Source of the DNA: Isurus oxyrinchus
Taxonomy: Eukaryota
Direction: 5' to 3'
Assembly: GCA_026770705.1 (NCBI GenBank)
Contig: JANJGN010000026.1
Coordinates: 25,296,001-25,360,000, forward strand
Length of the DNA: 64,000 nt
A program made the position numbers and the translations under genes. The first letter of the stretch is position 1. Each line of letters starts with the position of its first letter. The notes beneath the pieces were generated by a model that worked only from the letters and a program-made list of their open reading frames with translations, had not been told where the DNA came from and did no database searches. Below are positions 1 to 11,995 of the stretch, one piece after another.

Positions 1-19
1 GAGCTGTGGAGTAAATGAA

Positions 20-430
20 GAGAGCTGGGTGAGAAAGGACAGTGAGGTGGCGGAGAAAGGGCAGAGAGGCTGGAGGGGGAAAGGGCAGAGAGGCTGGAGG
101 GGGAAAGGGCAGAGAGGCGGGAGGGGGATAAGGGCAGGTAGGCGGGAGGGAGTAAGGGCAGAGAAGCTGGGGGTAGAAGGGCAAAGGGGAGGCGGAATAG
201 GCAGAGGGGAGGGGGAAAGGTCAGAGAGGCAGAGGGTAAAGGCAGAGGGGTGTGGGGAATGGGCAGAGGGGAGCGGGGATAGGGCTGAGAGGGGGGAGGG
301 TAAAGGGCAAAGCGGCAAGGGGAAAGGGAGAGAGGCGGGGGTTGCAGGACAGAAGGTGTGGTTGGGGCTGGCAGAGAGGCGGGGGGAAGGACAGGAAGGC
401 GGGGATTGGGGGAAGGGCAGAGAGGCGCGA
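20..430 (+). repeat. Purine/G-rich degenerate tandem repeat (unit ~24-25 bp, GGGCAGAGAGGCTGGAGGGGGAAA) in the putative J-C intron
   Basis: Recurrent GGGCAGAGAGGC motif and G-runs; + strand almost free of pyrimidines. Confidence 0.85.
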
Positions 431-714
431 GAAAATGCAGAGAGTCAGGCTATAGCGGGGAGAGCTGGGCAAAAGCAGTTGCAAGCCGAAGCCTCAGCTG
501 CCCTGGGCCCCTATATCTCTATCTCTCTCTCTCTCTACCTCATTCTCTCTTCTCCTCCTGATATGCTTTCCATTCCCAGGGAAAGGCATTAAGTGCCTGG
601 GATAGAAGGGAGACAATGTCTCCATGCTCTTCCACCCGGCTCTCTGCGCCTTTCTCCAGTGGATGTTCGCTGATGCTCCAGTCACAACCTATTTGTCTCC
701 CACTTTTACTGCTG

Positions 715-2060
715 ATAGAACGAAAATGCTGGAATCTATTATTGAGGAATCTATCACAGGTCACTTAGAAAATCCAAATGCAAATGTGGATCCATCATGG
801 TTTTGTGAAAGGGGAATCATGTTTGGCTGACTTATTCGAGGCCTATAGAGGAAGCAGCAAGGAACATGAATAAAGGAGAACCTGTGGATGTGCTGTACTT
901 GGGCTCCCAGAAGGCATTTGACAAAGTGACACATCAAAGGTTATTACACAAAATAATGGTGTCGGCTGTAATATTTCAGCATGGGTAGAAGCTTGGTTAG
1001 CTAACAGGAAACAGAGAGTTGGGATAAATTGTTTATTTTAGGTTGGCAAGATGTGACTAGTGGAGTGCCACAGGAATCAATGCTGTGGCATCAACTATTT
1101 ACAATTTATATCAATGACTTGAATGAAAGGACTGAATGAATTTGCTAAATTTGCTGAGAACACAAAGATAGATAGGAATGTAAGTGGTGAAGAGGGGATA
1201 AAGGTCAGCAAAGGGACATAGATAGGTTAAGTGAGTGGACAAAAAATGTGGAAAAATAAAACTTGTCCACTTTGGTAGGAAGAATACAAAAGGAGCATAT
1301 TATTGAAAAGGAGAGAGATTGCAGAACCCTGAGGTACAGAGACTTGTGGATCCCTTTGTGCATGAATCACAAAAAGTTATAACGCAGGAACAGCAAGTGA
1401 TGAGGAAGGCAAAGGCAATCTTGTCATTTATTACAAGGGGAATAGAATATAAAAATAAGGATTTTTTGCTACAGTTTAACAGGGCGTTGATGAGACCTCG
1501 TCTGAATCACTGTGTGCAGATTTGGTCTTTTAAAGAAAGGATAAAAAAGCTTTAGAAGCTGTTCAGAGAATGTTTATTTAAATGATACTGAGAGGTGTTG
1601 TCGGTTATCTCATGAGGAAAGTTTGGATAGGCTGGGCCTGTATCCATTGGAGTTTAGAAGAATGAGAGCTGATTTTATTGAAACATATAAGATCCTGAGG
1701 GGAATTGACAGGGTGGATGCTGAAAGGATGTTTCCCCTTGTGAGAGAGACTAACGGTAGGGAACACAGTTTAAAAATAAGAGATGTCCCATTTCTGCTGG
1801 AAATGAGGAGATTTTATTTTTCTCTCAAAGGGTTGTGAAACTTTGGAACTCTCTTTCCCAAAGAGAGATAGAATCATTAATATTTCAAGGCAGAGGTAGA
1901 GAGATTCTTCATTGACAAGGGAGTTAAAGGTTAGCCGAGAGTAGGCGGGAATGTAAAGTTAATGCCACAATCAGATCAGCTTTGATCGTATTGAATGGTG
2001 GAGGAGGCTGCAGAGGCCGAATGGCCAACTCCTGCTACTGATCCGCACGTTCATATGTAT
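715..2060 (+). mobile_element. CR1-type LINE, decayed RT to 3' end
   Basis: Fragments KMLESIIEE, RPRLNHCVQIWS, DRLGLYPLEFRRMRADFIETYKILRG; 3' tail GGCCGAATGGCCAACTCCTGCT. Confidence 0.9.
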
Positions 2061-2583
2061 ATACGATTGGAAACTGTCGTACTTACTGTAACTGGTATTC
2101 AGTTTAGAGTTCTATGGTCATTATATAGGTACCATTACAAAGGTACTTCCGAACGGTTGTTGCTAGTCTTTGTTTTAGGGGGACGTGGAGAGGGGCAGGG
2201 GCATCAGCCAATTTGAACAAAGCCAATTTCCAAACTGCAATGATATGAATGATGATACAATTTCTCTATCACCAAGTGTTGTTGATTGAGAAATAAATGG
2301 TGGCCGAAATAATGTGGGAACAACCTCTGCTCTTCCATTTTAATCCAATGTTCTATTTTAGTCATGGGATAGAGGCGGAAAAAGAGGTGTGGGCTTCTAA
2401 AGAGGGAACCGACAGATGAGGATCACCAAATTATGGAAATAATAAATGATCAAATGTGGTTGTGGGTTTTAGTTGGAATATATTAGGATATGTTTAGAGT
2501 TATAGTCAAATTTTGAGTTGTTTGTTTACTTAATGATCACAAGCCACAGAGTCCAACTTGTTCAATCGGCCATTCTTTCCCCG

Positions 2584-2879
2584 TGACACCATTTTCGCCC
2601 AGTCTCTACAGCCTGGTCTCCTCCTGTCAGCAACACAACACCGATGGCTCCATCACCTACGGCTGTTTGGTGATGGACTACTCCCCGGAAATCACCAACC
2701 TGACCTGGAAGAAAGATGGGCAGCCAATCACCACTGGATTTAAGACTTACCCGTCAGTGAGAAACCAGAAGGGAACCTATACCCTGAGCAGCCAGTTAAC
2801 CATCACCGAGTGGGGGAATGCAGCAAAATCAAGTATGAGGTTCAATACAGCGGCTCAGCCAAGAGCATTGGAATGCACT
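2584..2879 (+). pseudogene. IGHM: IgM heavy chain CH1 exon (defective)
   Basis: [46 protein letters not shown]...SSQLTITE. Acceptor reads CCG (2581-2583) instead of CAG. Frameshift near 2810; the other frame continues [21 protein letters not shown] to a GTAAGT donor at 2880. Length 296 nt is not a multiple of 3. Confidence 0.93.
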
Positions 2880-3093
2880 GTAAGTGTTGGGGAACTTGTG
2901 AGAAACAGAAAGGTTGTGATTGACCTGTATAGGGCCTTGATTATAACACATTTATAATGCTCTGCATAGTTCTGATCCCTGGAAATTTCAGGTTAGTGTT
3001 CATTGATCTCAAAGAGCCTGTTAAAATATAAGAACTCATTGTATCTGTTATCAGCTTCATCTGCAAGAAATGGCTAACCTGTGGTTTTTGAAG

Positions 3094-3411
3094 GTGCTGG
3101 ACCTGATATCTTCCCTCCAACTGTTCTCCTCACCGTGAGTTCCCGGGAAGAAATCACAACCAACAAATTTGCAACCGCCATCTGTTCAATCATCGATCTC
3201 CGTTCAAAGTCAATCACCGTGAAGTGGCTGAAGAATAGACAACCCATGGATTCAGGAATTGTCACCTCTCCCGTCTTTGAAGTGAACGGGAACTTCTCGG
3301 CGACCAGTCGGCTGAAAGTCTCCGCTGGGGAATGGTTCAGAGACGTGGTCTATACCTGTCAGGTCACTCACCAAGGGGTCACCCAAAGTCGAAACGCCAC
3401 CAAGTGTGAGG
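3094..3411 (+). pseudogene. IGHM: IgM heavy chain CH2 exon (open frame)
   Basis: AG at 3092-3093, GTAAG donor at 3412, 318 nt; Ig C1-set motifs ATAICSI, VKWLKN, YTCQVTH. Confidence 0.93.
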
Positions 3412-4037
3412 GTAAGAAATACAAACCGAGGAAGTAATGAATTATTCTGCTCTCCGATGTTAATCAAATCAGGAATTTATTGGAGTTAGTAGAAAGCATG
3501 GAACAACTTCTAATTTACTATCAGGTAGTTATTGTTTAATTCCGATGTAAGGGCTGCATTCGGATTGTTCACCATTCAGGGTTTTATCACATCACGTCTC
3601 TACATTGACGTCACAGAGTGAGTGAGGTGGACTTGACATCAACTTTACCCTGTGTCAGCTGATGATACTTGGAGAGGCAGAAGGTGTCTGGAACACTTCG
3701 CTGGTAACAGCTTCGGGATAGAGTGTTGGAAAGTGCATCCACTCTATTTATAAAATGGCTTTCAGTCCTGCATTCCAGGGCCTAGGAATGATACATTTGT
3801 ATTGGGACTGGGGCACCGCAGATTCATGAGAATGTTACCAGGGCTGAAGGACTTAAATTATGAGAATGATTTACACAGACCAAGGTGCTTTTACATTGTG
3901 TAAAGAAAATTAAAGACAATAGTTAGAGGTTGATATGTCCATGGTGATTTATTCTCCTTCAGGGAGTGAAGGCTGAATACTGCTGTCCTGCTCCTGAAGG
4001 CGAAACTTTTTGGTTGATCTTCATTTCTGTCTCACAG

Positions 4038-4348
4038 GTGATTCCCACTGCCCCAACGATCCCAAAATTTGTCTACTGCCATCTCCAATAGAACAGGTCT
4101 TACTGGAAGCGACCGTGACCTTAACCTGCATCGTTTCTAATGCTCCTTATGGAGTCCTCGTGTCCTGGACACAAGAGAAGAAGCCTATGAAATCAGAGAT
4201 CGCCGTGCAACCGGGAGAGGATCCGACAGCGTGGTCAGCAACGTAAACATCTCGACACAAGCCTGGCTGAGTGGGGTTGAGTTCTACTGTGTGGTGAGCC
4301 ATCAGGATCTGCCGATTCCTTTAAGAATTTGCATCCACAAGGAACCAG
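4038..4348 (+). pseudogene. IGHM: IgM heavy chain CH3 exon (frameshifted)
   Basis: CAG acceptor ends at 4037; [18 protein letters not shown]...GED, a 1-nt loss at ~4223-4224, then [30 protein letters not shown] in the shifted frame; GTGAG donor at 4349; 311 nt. Confidence 0.93.
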
Positions 4349-4732
4349 GTGAGCGGTGAGATTGAAGCAATAAATGGCTCAATGTGTCTATTTCCAGTGT
4401 AAGTGTAAGGATCAATCTTTACTATTCAGTGTATTCATGGCCTACTCTGATTAGCAATTTCTCCAACTAAACGCCCTGCGCCTGTGGACTTGCAGGGGGA
4501 AATTGATAAGTAGATGAATGAACAATGAATTGAAGGCTGTGCCATTGGGTTCAGATGAAGCAAGATGGGAGGAGCCTGGAACACCAACATAGACCAGTTG
4601 GGCAGAATGGCCTGTTTCTGTGCTGTAAACTTTGAGAAACTTTTTCGTCCAACCCCATAAGTTCTCGGGGAAAAGGATTGTGTCCACCATTGCTCCGAGC
4701 TGGAAAGCCGGACAGATCCCAAAGTATTTTAT

Positions 4733-4915
4733 TTATTAATTCATGGGATGTGGGTGTCACTAGCTGGGCCAGCGTTTATTGCCCATCTCTAATTGCCCTT
4801 GACAAGGTGGTGAACCACTGCAGTCCATGTGGTGTAGATACACCCACAAGGCTGTTAGGGAGGGAGTTCCAGGATTTTGATTCAGCAATAGTGAAGGATC
4901 AGTGATATATTTCCA
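4733..4915 (-). mobile_element. Elasmobranch SINE/LINE 3'-tail fragment
   Basis: TTCATGGGATGTGGGTGTCACTAGCTGGGCCAGCGTTTATTGCCCATCTCTAATTGCCCTTGA; the same tail recurs near 8420 (-), 8790 (+) and 62745 (+). Confidence 0.6.
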
Positions 4916-5037
4916 AGAAGTGGATAATGAAACCTATTAATATTCATCACAAAACACGTTTCTCTCACAGCTAACCAGCGGTTTCATTGTCTACGAAAGT
5001 ATCCAGTTTATTGACATTTATTGTACATTTTCTGCAG

Positions 5038-5429
5038 TTAATGACCCGCGGGAACCGTTTGTGTCTGCTCTCCTGCCCTCGGCAGAAGATGTCTCCGCTC
5101 AGAGATTCGTTTCCCTCAGTTGCTTAGTGAGAGGTTTCTCGCCGCAAGAGATTTTTGTCAAGTGGACAGTCAATGACAAGCCGGTGAATCCCGGGAACTA
5201 CAAGAACACCGAGGTGGTGGTGGAGAACGGCAATCGCTCCTTCTTCATGTACAGCCTGCTATCTATTGCAGCAGAGGAGTGGGCCAGCGGCGCTTCTTAC
5301 TCCTGTGTAGTGGGACATGAAGCGATCCCCTTGAAGATCATCAACAGAACGGTTGATAAATCCAGTGGTAAACCGAGTTTTGTGAACATTTCCCTTGCAC
5401 CGATGGACACAGTTAATTCATGTCAATGA
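5038..5429 (+). pseudogene. IGHM: IgM heavy chain CH4 exon plus secretory tailpiece (open frame)
   Basis: CAG acceptor ends at 5037; [17 protein letters not shown]...[43 protein letters not shown]; N-x-S glycan site and penultimate Cys; internal G|GTAAAC donor at 5368 for the membrane form. Confidence 0.96.
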
Positions 5430-5456
5430 GAATCTGTCGGTTACATTTCAAACTTC

Positions 5457-5473
5457 AATAAAAAAATAATAAA
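5457..5473 (+). terminator. Two polyadenylation signals of the secretory IgM transcript
   Basis: AATAAA at 5457-5462 and 5468-5473, about 30-45 nt after the stop codon. Confidence 0.8.
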
Positions 5474-5864
5474 GTCCTTTTCTCCAATCGTTATTTAAAT
5501 ACACAATCATTTAATCAATGTTGTTTTCCACTTTTGCTGATGTTAGACCTGTTTAGTTAATATCGGATATTTACAGGGCTCACACCCAAGTCTTGTATAC
5601 CCAGTGCTCCCAGCTCAGATACACCTTGGGTTAGAGCCCATTCATTACGGGATTCTGCAAAATAACTTCACCAACTCTCCTCCTACGGAGGAGAAATCTG
5701 ACAATTCCCATTTCCAACAAACAAACACAGCACATTTCGATCTTGGTGTTCCTGCTTCTCCTGCTGCCCATCCCTTTAAAATGGATGTCAGCTTTAAGCT
5801 GCTGCACCACACCCACTGGGAATTGAAGTGGAGTCACACAGAAACATGTCCCAACGATCTCCCA

Positions 5865-6480
5865 TCAGGGAGAGGGGGAAGGGAAATTGTTAACCCACTG
5901 TACCCCCTCTTCCCCAACAGAGAGAGGGGGAAGGGAAATTATTAACTCACTGTATCCCCATTTTGCCAAAAGAGAGAGTTGGAGGGGAAATTGTTAACCC
6001 ACTGTACCCCACTTGCCCAACAGAAAGGGGTGAAGGGGATATTGTTAACCCACTACACCTCCACTTCCACAACAGCGGGTGGGCGGGGGGGGTGGTATTG
6101 TTTAGCCACTGTATCCCACTTGCCCAACAGAGAGGGGTGAAGGGGACATTATTAACCCACTGTACCTCTACTTCCACAACAGCGAGTGGGGGGGGGATTG
6201 TTTAACCACTGTACCCCACTTTCCCAACAGAGAGGGGAAGGTAAATTGTTAACCTACTGTACTTCCACTTCCCCAACAGAGAAAACTGAAAGGAAAATTT
6301 TAAGCCAATTTTACCTCCACTTGCTAAACAAAAAGACGAGGAAGGTCATTGGTTAACCCGGTGTGTCTCCACCTTCTCAGCAGAGAGACCTGAAAGGAAC
6401 TTGCTTAGACAACCAGACAGAGCAAAACTATTAGATCACTGGGTCCTCACTCCCTGAGCAGAGAATCTGGAAGGGAATGG
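5865..6480. repeat. Minisatellite, ~52-55 bp unit, roughly 10 decaying copies
   Basis: GGGAAATTGTTAACCCACTGTACCCC(A/T)CTT(G/C)CCAACAGAGAG repeated. Confidence 0.9.
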
Positions 6481-6884
6481 GTCTCTACTGTCAGGACTCA
6501 GTTACCAACAGTCCAAGTCAACTTCTAGCTTACTGGCCACAGATTTTAAACTCCCATCATGCTTAGGATGTTGTAAAAACATATATTTATGCAACATAAT
6601 TTGAAGATGTTTTAACACCCTTTTTCCTGTTAAGCTTACGCTAAGATTGATTTCCCATAATTCAAATCTAAACTGGTGACTGAATCCTCCCTGGGTTGTT
6701 CAAGGTTCTGTCCCTGAATTTTATGATGCACATGGCTGATTGTTTGCATTCATTCACCTGATATCACCTTGCATCTCACAGAAAACACGTTTATACACAG
6801 AACATTGAAAATGTTCACCAAAATTTTCACCATCAATGTCAGACTCGATCATTGGTACTGGTGAAATTCGGAAAAATAGTAAAA

Positions 6885-7740
6885 ATACACACAGCTGACA
6901 CAAATGGACAGACACAAACACACGTACACACACATAGGCACAGACACGCAGACACAAACACACACAGGTACAGGCAGGCACATTTACACCCACACATGTG
7001 CACCCACACAAACACAGGCAGACACACATAGACAAATATACACACACGTGCACACTTGTGCGCACAATCACAAACACATGGGTGCAGATGCACAAACATA
7101 CACAGACACACACGTACACACAATCACACACATAAACAAATACACACGCACACAATCACACACATGCAGGAATACACACACAGACACACTCGCTCACACA
7201 CATATACACAATCACACACACACAAACAGATAAAACCAGACAAGCAGACTCATACAAGGACACAAAGCACAAATGTAACTATTAGCATATGCATTATCAC
7301 ACGTTCACAATGACATAAATACAGACATAAAGACACACACTACCGTACATATTAAAACAAATGCATGGACACACATTAACACATGCAGACATATGAGCAG
7401 ATGACATCCAGACACAAAAACACAGAGGAACAGACTAACACATTCACAGACACACATGTAGACACAAACATGAATATACTCATTCACACTAGAAAACAAA
7501 AAAACACACGTTAGTACATATGAAAACATATACACACATTGATACATAGTTCTAAATATCGATCAACACACAAGTGCACATATTAAAAACTCTCTCTCAC
7601 TGTGTCACACACACACACATACACACATACATACAGACGCTGTGACACAGACATTAATATGCTGACAGACACGTGGAACACAAAAAGAAACATTAACACC
7701 CATATTAGCAGGCACACATTAAAAAGGTAAACACACATTA
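6885..7740. repeat. Degenerate (CA)n-rich simple repeat
   Basis: Long imperfect CA/ACAC tract. Confidence 0.9.
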
Positions 7741-8001
7741 ACATAGATAATAATCACTTCAGTTAACTTAAAAATAAACTTTTCTGTGAAATGTTCTCTG
7801 AAATTTTAATAAATCATGAATGTGAAACGAACTGACTTTGCTGAACTCCTTTCTCCAAGGCCCAGCGACACTGCTCCATTTCCCCTATTACACTGTGCCC
7901 CCCCACCACCGCCCCCCGCCCCCCCCCCCCCCCCCCCACCCCCCCCCCCACAATCTCCCTTTCCCAGGCAGGTATTTTTAACCAGTCCTGTCTGGGATGT
8001 G

Positions 8002-8103
8002 AAACAAAAACAACAAATGCTGGAAAAACTCAGCAGATCTCACAGCATCTGTGGAGACAAAAAAACAGTTGACGTTTCGAGTCCTTTTGACTTTTCTTCA
8101 GAG
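8002..8103 (-). mobile_element. Penelope-like element terminal fragment with hammerhead motif (canonical CUGAAGA core)
   Basis: Minus strand GCTCTGAAGAAAAGTCAAAAGGACTCGAAACGTCAACTG...CTGCTGAGTTTTTCCAGC, the same tail that follows GIY-YIG fragments elsewhere in the window. Confidence 0.7.
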
Positions 8104-8409
8104 CCCAAATCCTTCAGTGAAAGAGTCGTTGCGCCACCCAGCGGCCCATCGGTGTTACTACACCTTTACCTCTGCCTTTTTATGGCAAACCCCAGAGGCA
8201 GAATGATTGCACAGCGAGGAGAACCTCGGTGATTTCACTCATACTCAGGCCTGTCATAGTCATATGTCAGTAATAGTAAACAGCAGGGGTCTGCTTCATC
8301 CGATGTCCATACACGACAGCATATGGAAGACTAAAGTTTCCTTTACACTGTCCCATTAAACACTCCCAGGGTCCGTGTAGCAGGGGTTAGATAGTGAGTA
8401 AAAAATTTT

Positions 8410-8860
8410 TTCTCTTTATCCTTTCATGAGATGTGGGTGTCGCTGGCAAGGCCGCCCCGAACAGCCCGGCTTCCGAGGCCAATTCAGAGGGCAGTTAAGT
8501 CACATTGCTGTGGACCTGGAATCACATGTCAGCCGGGCCAAATAAAGATGGCAGATTTCCTTCACTAAAGGACATTAGTGCAGCAGATGGATTTTTACGA
8601 CAATCGGTGTTAGTTGTCATGGTCACCATTACTGAGGCCAGTTTTCAATTCCAGATTTTATGAATTGAATTCAAATCCCAGCAGCTGCCATGTTGGGATT
8701 TGAACCCGTTCCGCCAGAGCATTCACCTGGACTCCCTGTACCTTGTCCAATTAAACACTCACAAGGCAGAGACGTCACATTCCACCTTCTCAAGGCAATT
8801 AGGGATGGGCAATAAATGCTGATTCAGACAGCCACGCCCACATCGCATAAATGAATAACA
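8410..8860. mobile_element. Elasmobranch tRNA-derived SINE remnant(s)
   Basis: Minus-strand B-box-like GGGTTCAAATCCC near 8700; shared tail at both ends of the region. Confidence 0.6.
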
Positions 8861-9061
8861 AAAAGTACACATATAAGACAGAAGGAACACCTGACACAAA
8901 CCCAAGGATGACTCCCAGAAGCTGGGGCCGATCTGACAAAGACACATTATCGAGCAGTAATCCTGCAAATTATTACCACAGTTTGGGGTTTATCAGGAAC
9001 ACCAGAGGGCACAAATCGTGGAAATTCTCAGAATCTGCGGCCTGCCTGACGCAACAAACAA

Positions 9062-9188
9062 CTGAACTCACTGAACATGACCACAGGGATCCTTTCTCCC
9101 TGCTCCATTCCCTCTGATACCATCCTCCTGAACTCACTGACCATCACCCCAGGGATCCTCTCTCCCTGCTCCATTCCCTCTGATACCA
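9062..9188. repeat. 66-bp tandem duplication (2 copies)
   Basis: CTGAACTCACTGA...CTCCCTGCTCCATTCCCTCTGATACCA at 9062 and 9128. Confidence 0.9.
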
Positions 9189-9313
9189 GCTCTGATATGA
9201 ATCTTCAACTCTCATTCCACTGATTCACCACTGCGTTTTCAGTTTTTAACCAAAAATATAAACTCTCTGTTTAAGCAGTGTGGACATGAGCAAAGAACCC
9301 TCATTCCCACACA

Positions 9314-9362
9314 AGGCCGTGGCGGTGAATGTGCTGAATCCTGTTCACTCGGACACCAGGGG
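9314..9362 (-). pseudogene. tRNA-Glu relic (partial)
   Basis: CCCCTGGTGTCCGAGTGAACAGGATTCAGCACATTCACCGCCACGGCC resembles vertebrate tRNA-Glu TCCCTGGTGGTCTAGTGG.TAGGATTCGGCGCT.TCACCGCCGCGGCC. Confidence 0.6.
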
Positions 9363-9377
9363 CATTATCATTGTGCT

Positions 9378-9449
9378 TTAAACAACCAGAAATTGAACCC
9401 GGGCCGCGGCAGTAGAAGTTCCTAACCTTAGCCATGAGGCCAGCAGGGA
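9378..9449 (-). pseudogene. tRNA-Glu pseudogene
   Basis: TCCCTGCTGGCCTCATGGCTAAGGTTAGG...CTGCCGCGGCCCGGGTTCAATTTCTGG; anticodon arm and acceptor stem disrupted. Confidence 0.75.
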
Positions 9450-9959
9450 GGTTACCACTGCAGTTTGATAAACGTTACTTTTGCCATTTGTTTTTTTTTC
9501 ATTTTAAACCACTTTCTCCAGAGGCAAAATGACCTATTCAGCCAATTAAAACAACCATTGCCATTGGCTAGAACATGAAATTGACAGGTTGGTGAAATAG
9601 TACCACAAACTGTGAAATGCAAAATTCGATTTCCAAAACCCACCAATCAAATCACTGCGATTCCTGTAAACCTTTTAAGGCAGCACATGGCAGATATTCA
9701 TGATGGAAAATAATTGACCAACATAAAATTCTTCCACTTTCATGTCATATTTTTTTCATTCCTAATCTCCACCATAGACATTTCCAGTTCTATTTAATAC
9801 CCACGTGTAGCTTTAACTCTGTTTCTCATTCCACTGATTATGGCCTGCTTGCTATGCATTTCAGGCTTTGATAAAGCCAGGAATTGGTGCTCTAATAAAA
9901 ACAGGGTGTGGGGGGGGGGAGGGGGGGGGGGATGGGGTGAGGGGGGCGGGGGGGGCGCT

Positions 9960-10815
9960 GAAGTTCACAGCAGGCCTGGCAGCGTCTGTAGAGACAGAAA
10001 CAGAGTTAACGTTTCCAGACAATATGACTTTTTCAGAACTGAAGGGAGGTAGAAATATGATGGGTTTTATGCTGCTGCCGAGGGTGGGTGGAGCAGATGG
10101 AGCAAAATAGAAGGTCAGGGATAGGTTGGAGGTCAGGAGGGATTCAATGACAAAGATGTCATGGAAAACAAGTCAAGGGAAATATTTATGATATCATTAA
10201 ATACTAAAGCATGTGTTAATATCTAAACAAAGGTCAGCACTGACTGGAAGCAAAATAGCAGAATGTGTTAATAGCAGAAAAAGGGTCAGCGCTGTCTGAA
10301 ATCAAAACATGAGAACAAGATGCAGACTGGCACTTGGGGGTTGGGGGCTGCAGGGAAATTAAAATGGAGGACAGAGTTCATTATGTGAACTTGTTGACCT
10401 CAATGTTGAGTCCAGAAGGCTGTAGAGTGCCTAATGAGAAGACGAGGTGTTGTTCCTCCAGTTTGCGTTGGGCTTCACTGGAACATTGTAGAAGTCTGAG
10501 GTCAGAAATGTGAGCGTGAGAGCGAGATGTTGAATTGAAATGGCAAGCGACAGGCAGGCCTGGGTCATGCTTATCGACAAGTTTGGCAAAACGGGCAGTC
10601 AGTCTGTGTTTAGTCTCCCCAGTGTGGAGGGGACCACATTGTGAGTGGTGAATACAACAGCCTGAATTGTAAGAAGTGCAAATAAATCTCTGCTTCACCT
10701 GGAAGGAGTGTTTGGGACCTTGGATGGTGAGAAGGGAGGAGGTAAAGAAGCAGGTTTTGCACCTCCTGTGATTGTATGGGAAGGTGCCATGGGAAGGGTA
10801 TGAGGTTTTGGGGGT
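9960..10815 (-). mobile_element. Penelope-like retroelement 3' fragment (Cys linker + GIY-YIG endonuclease + tail)
   Basis: GTFPYNHRRCKTC...FICTSYNSGCCIHHSQCGPLHTGETKHRLTARF...PVACHFN...RKLEEQHLVFSLGTLQPSGLNIE. Confidence 0.88.
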
Positions 10816-10871
10816 GATAGACTTTTTCAAATCAGTAATTGGTTTCTGGTTGTGATATTGTTGCACAACAG

Positions 10872-10933
10872 CGAGGCCGGGAATCAAACCTGGGTGATGA
10901 GAGCATCGAATCCTAACCATTAGGTCACCAGGG
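10872..10933 (-). pseudogene. tRNA-Glu(CTC) pseudogene with internal deletion
   Basis: CCCTGGTGACCTAATGGTTAGGATTCGATGCTCTCATCACCCAGGTTTGATTCCCGG. Confidence 0.75.
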
Positions 10934-11389
10934 TATTTGTGTAACATCTTGTTTCGCGAATGCAGCTGTCAACTCAAACATTGATGTATTCATTCCATCT
11001 AGGCCCAGTAGATTCTCTCTATTCCTGCTTCTACTTATATTACTGACATAGTTCTGCGTTGTGTCCTTTGGCTACAAGAAAATATTGTCCAAACTTTGCC
11101 AGTCCTGCTGTTATCCCAAGTACCTTCCCAGACAAATAGTTTTATGAATGTTTATTTCAAAGAAAATAAAATAAATTAGATCAAACATATGCATAACATC
11201 CAACCCATTAGAAATATTGGATTCAAAGCAGCAAATAGAAATTGATTCTATGATTGCACAAAAGAACTGGAACATACCATCGCACTGAGTGAATCCACTG
11301 CCTGTTTACATGTTCCTCAGTGAAAATTTCAATCATCCTTGACTTTGTGGCATATGGGCACTGAAAGCAGCCTGGATTCAAAGAACATG

Positions 11390-11995
11390 TGAAGATATGA
11401 ACAAGGAGCAGGAGCAGGCCACTGAGCTATTCAAGCCTGCTTTCCGCCATTCAATAAGTTCATGCCTGATCTGACTGTAACCTCCCACCGACCCCTCGAT
11501 AACTTTTCACCCCCTTGTTGATCAATAATCTATCTAGTTCTGCCTTCAAAACATTCAAAGACTCTGCTTCCACTGCCTTTTGAGGAAGATAGTTCCAAAG
11601 ACTCACGACCCTCTGAGAGAGGAAAAATTCTCTCATCTCTGTCTTAAATGAACGATCCCTTATTTTTAAACAGTGACCTCTAGTTCTATATTATCCCACA
11701 AGAGGAAACACAAGAGGAAACATCCTCTCCACATTCACCCTGTCAAGGCCCCTCAGGACCTGAAAGATTTTGGTCAAGTTGCCCCTTAGCCTTCTAAACT
11801 CCAGCAGATACATGCCTAGCCTGTCCAGCCTTTCCTCATAAGACAACCTGACCATTCTTGGTATTAGTCCAGTAAAACTTCTCTGAACTGCTTCTAACGC
11901 ATTTACACATTTCCTGAGGCATAATCTTCTTACCTCAATTCCCCTCATATTAAATGAAAACATTCTATTAGCTTTCCTAATTACTTGCTGTGCTT
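11390..11995 (-). mobile_element. CR1 LINE 3' fragment
   Basis: ALEAVQRSFTGLIPRMVRLSYEERLDRLGMYLLEFRRLRG. Confidence 0.9.

Noticed and set aside
29-592. 187-aa Gly/Arg/Glu-rich ORF
   Set aside because: Product of the purine-rich simple repeat; no domain
778-785. Octamer ATGCAAAT as an Ig intronic enhancer (another ATTTGCAT in CH3)
   Set aside because: One lies inside a CR1 remnant and the other in coding sequence; single 8-mers are expected by chance
5865-6480. CRISPR-like periodicity
   Set aside because: Eukaryotic context; whole units are homologous with no unique spacers, so this is a minisatellite
6754-7547. Cys/Val- and His/Thr-rich ORFs
   Set aside because: Translations of the (CA)n/(TG)n tract
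10381-10947. 188-aa ORF as an intact endonuclease gene
   Set aside because: Chimera of a tRNA-Glu relic and a decayed Penelope GIY-YIG with mutated motifs
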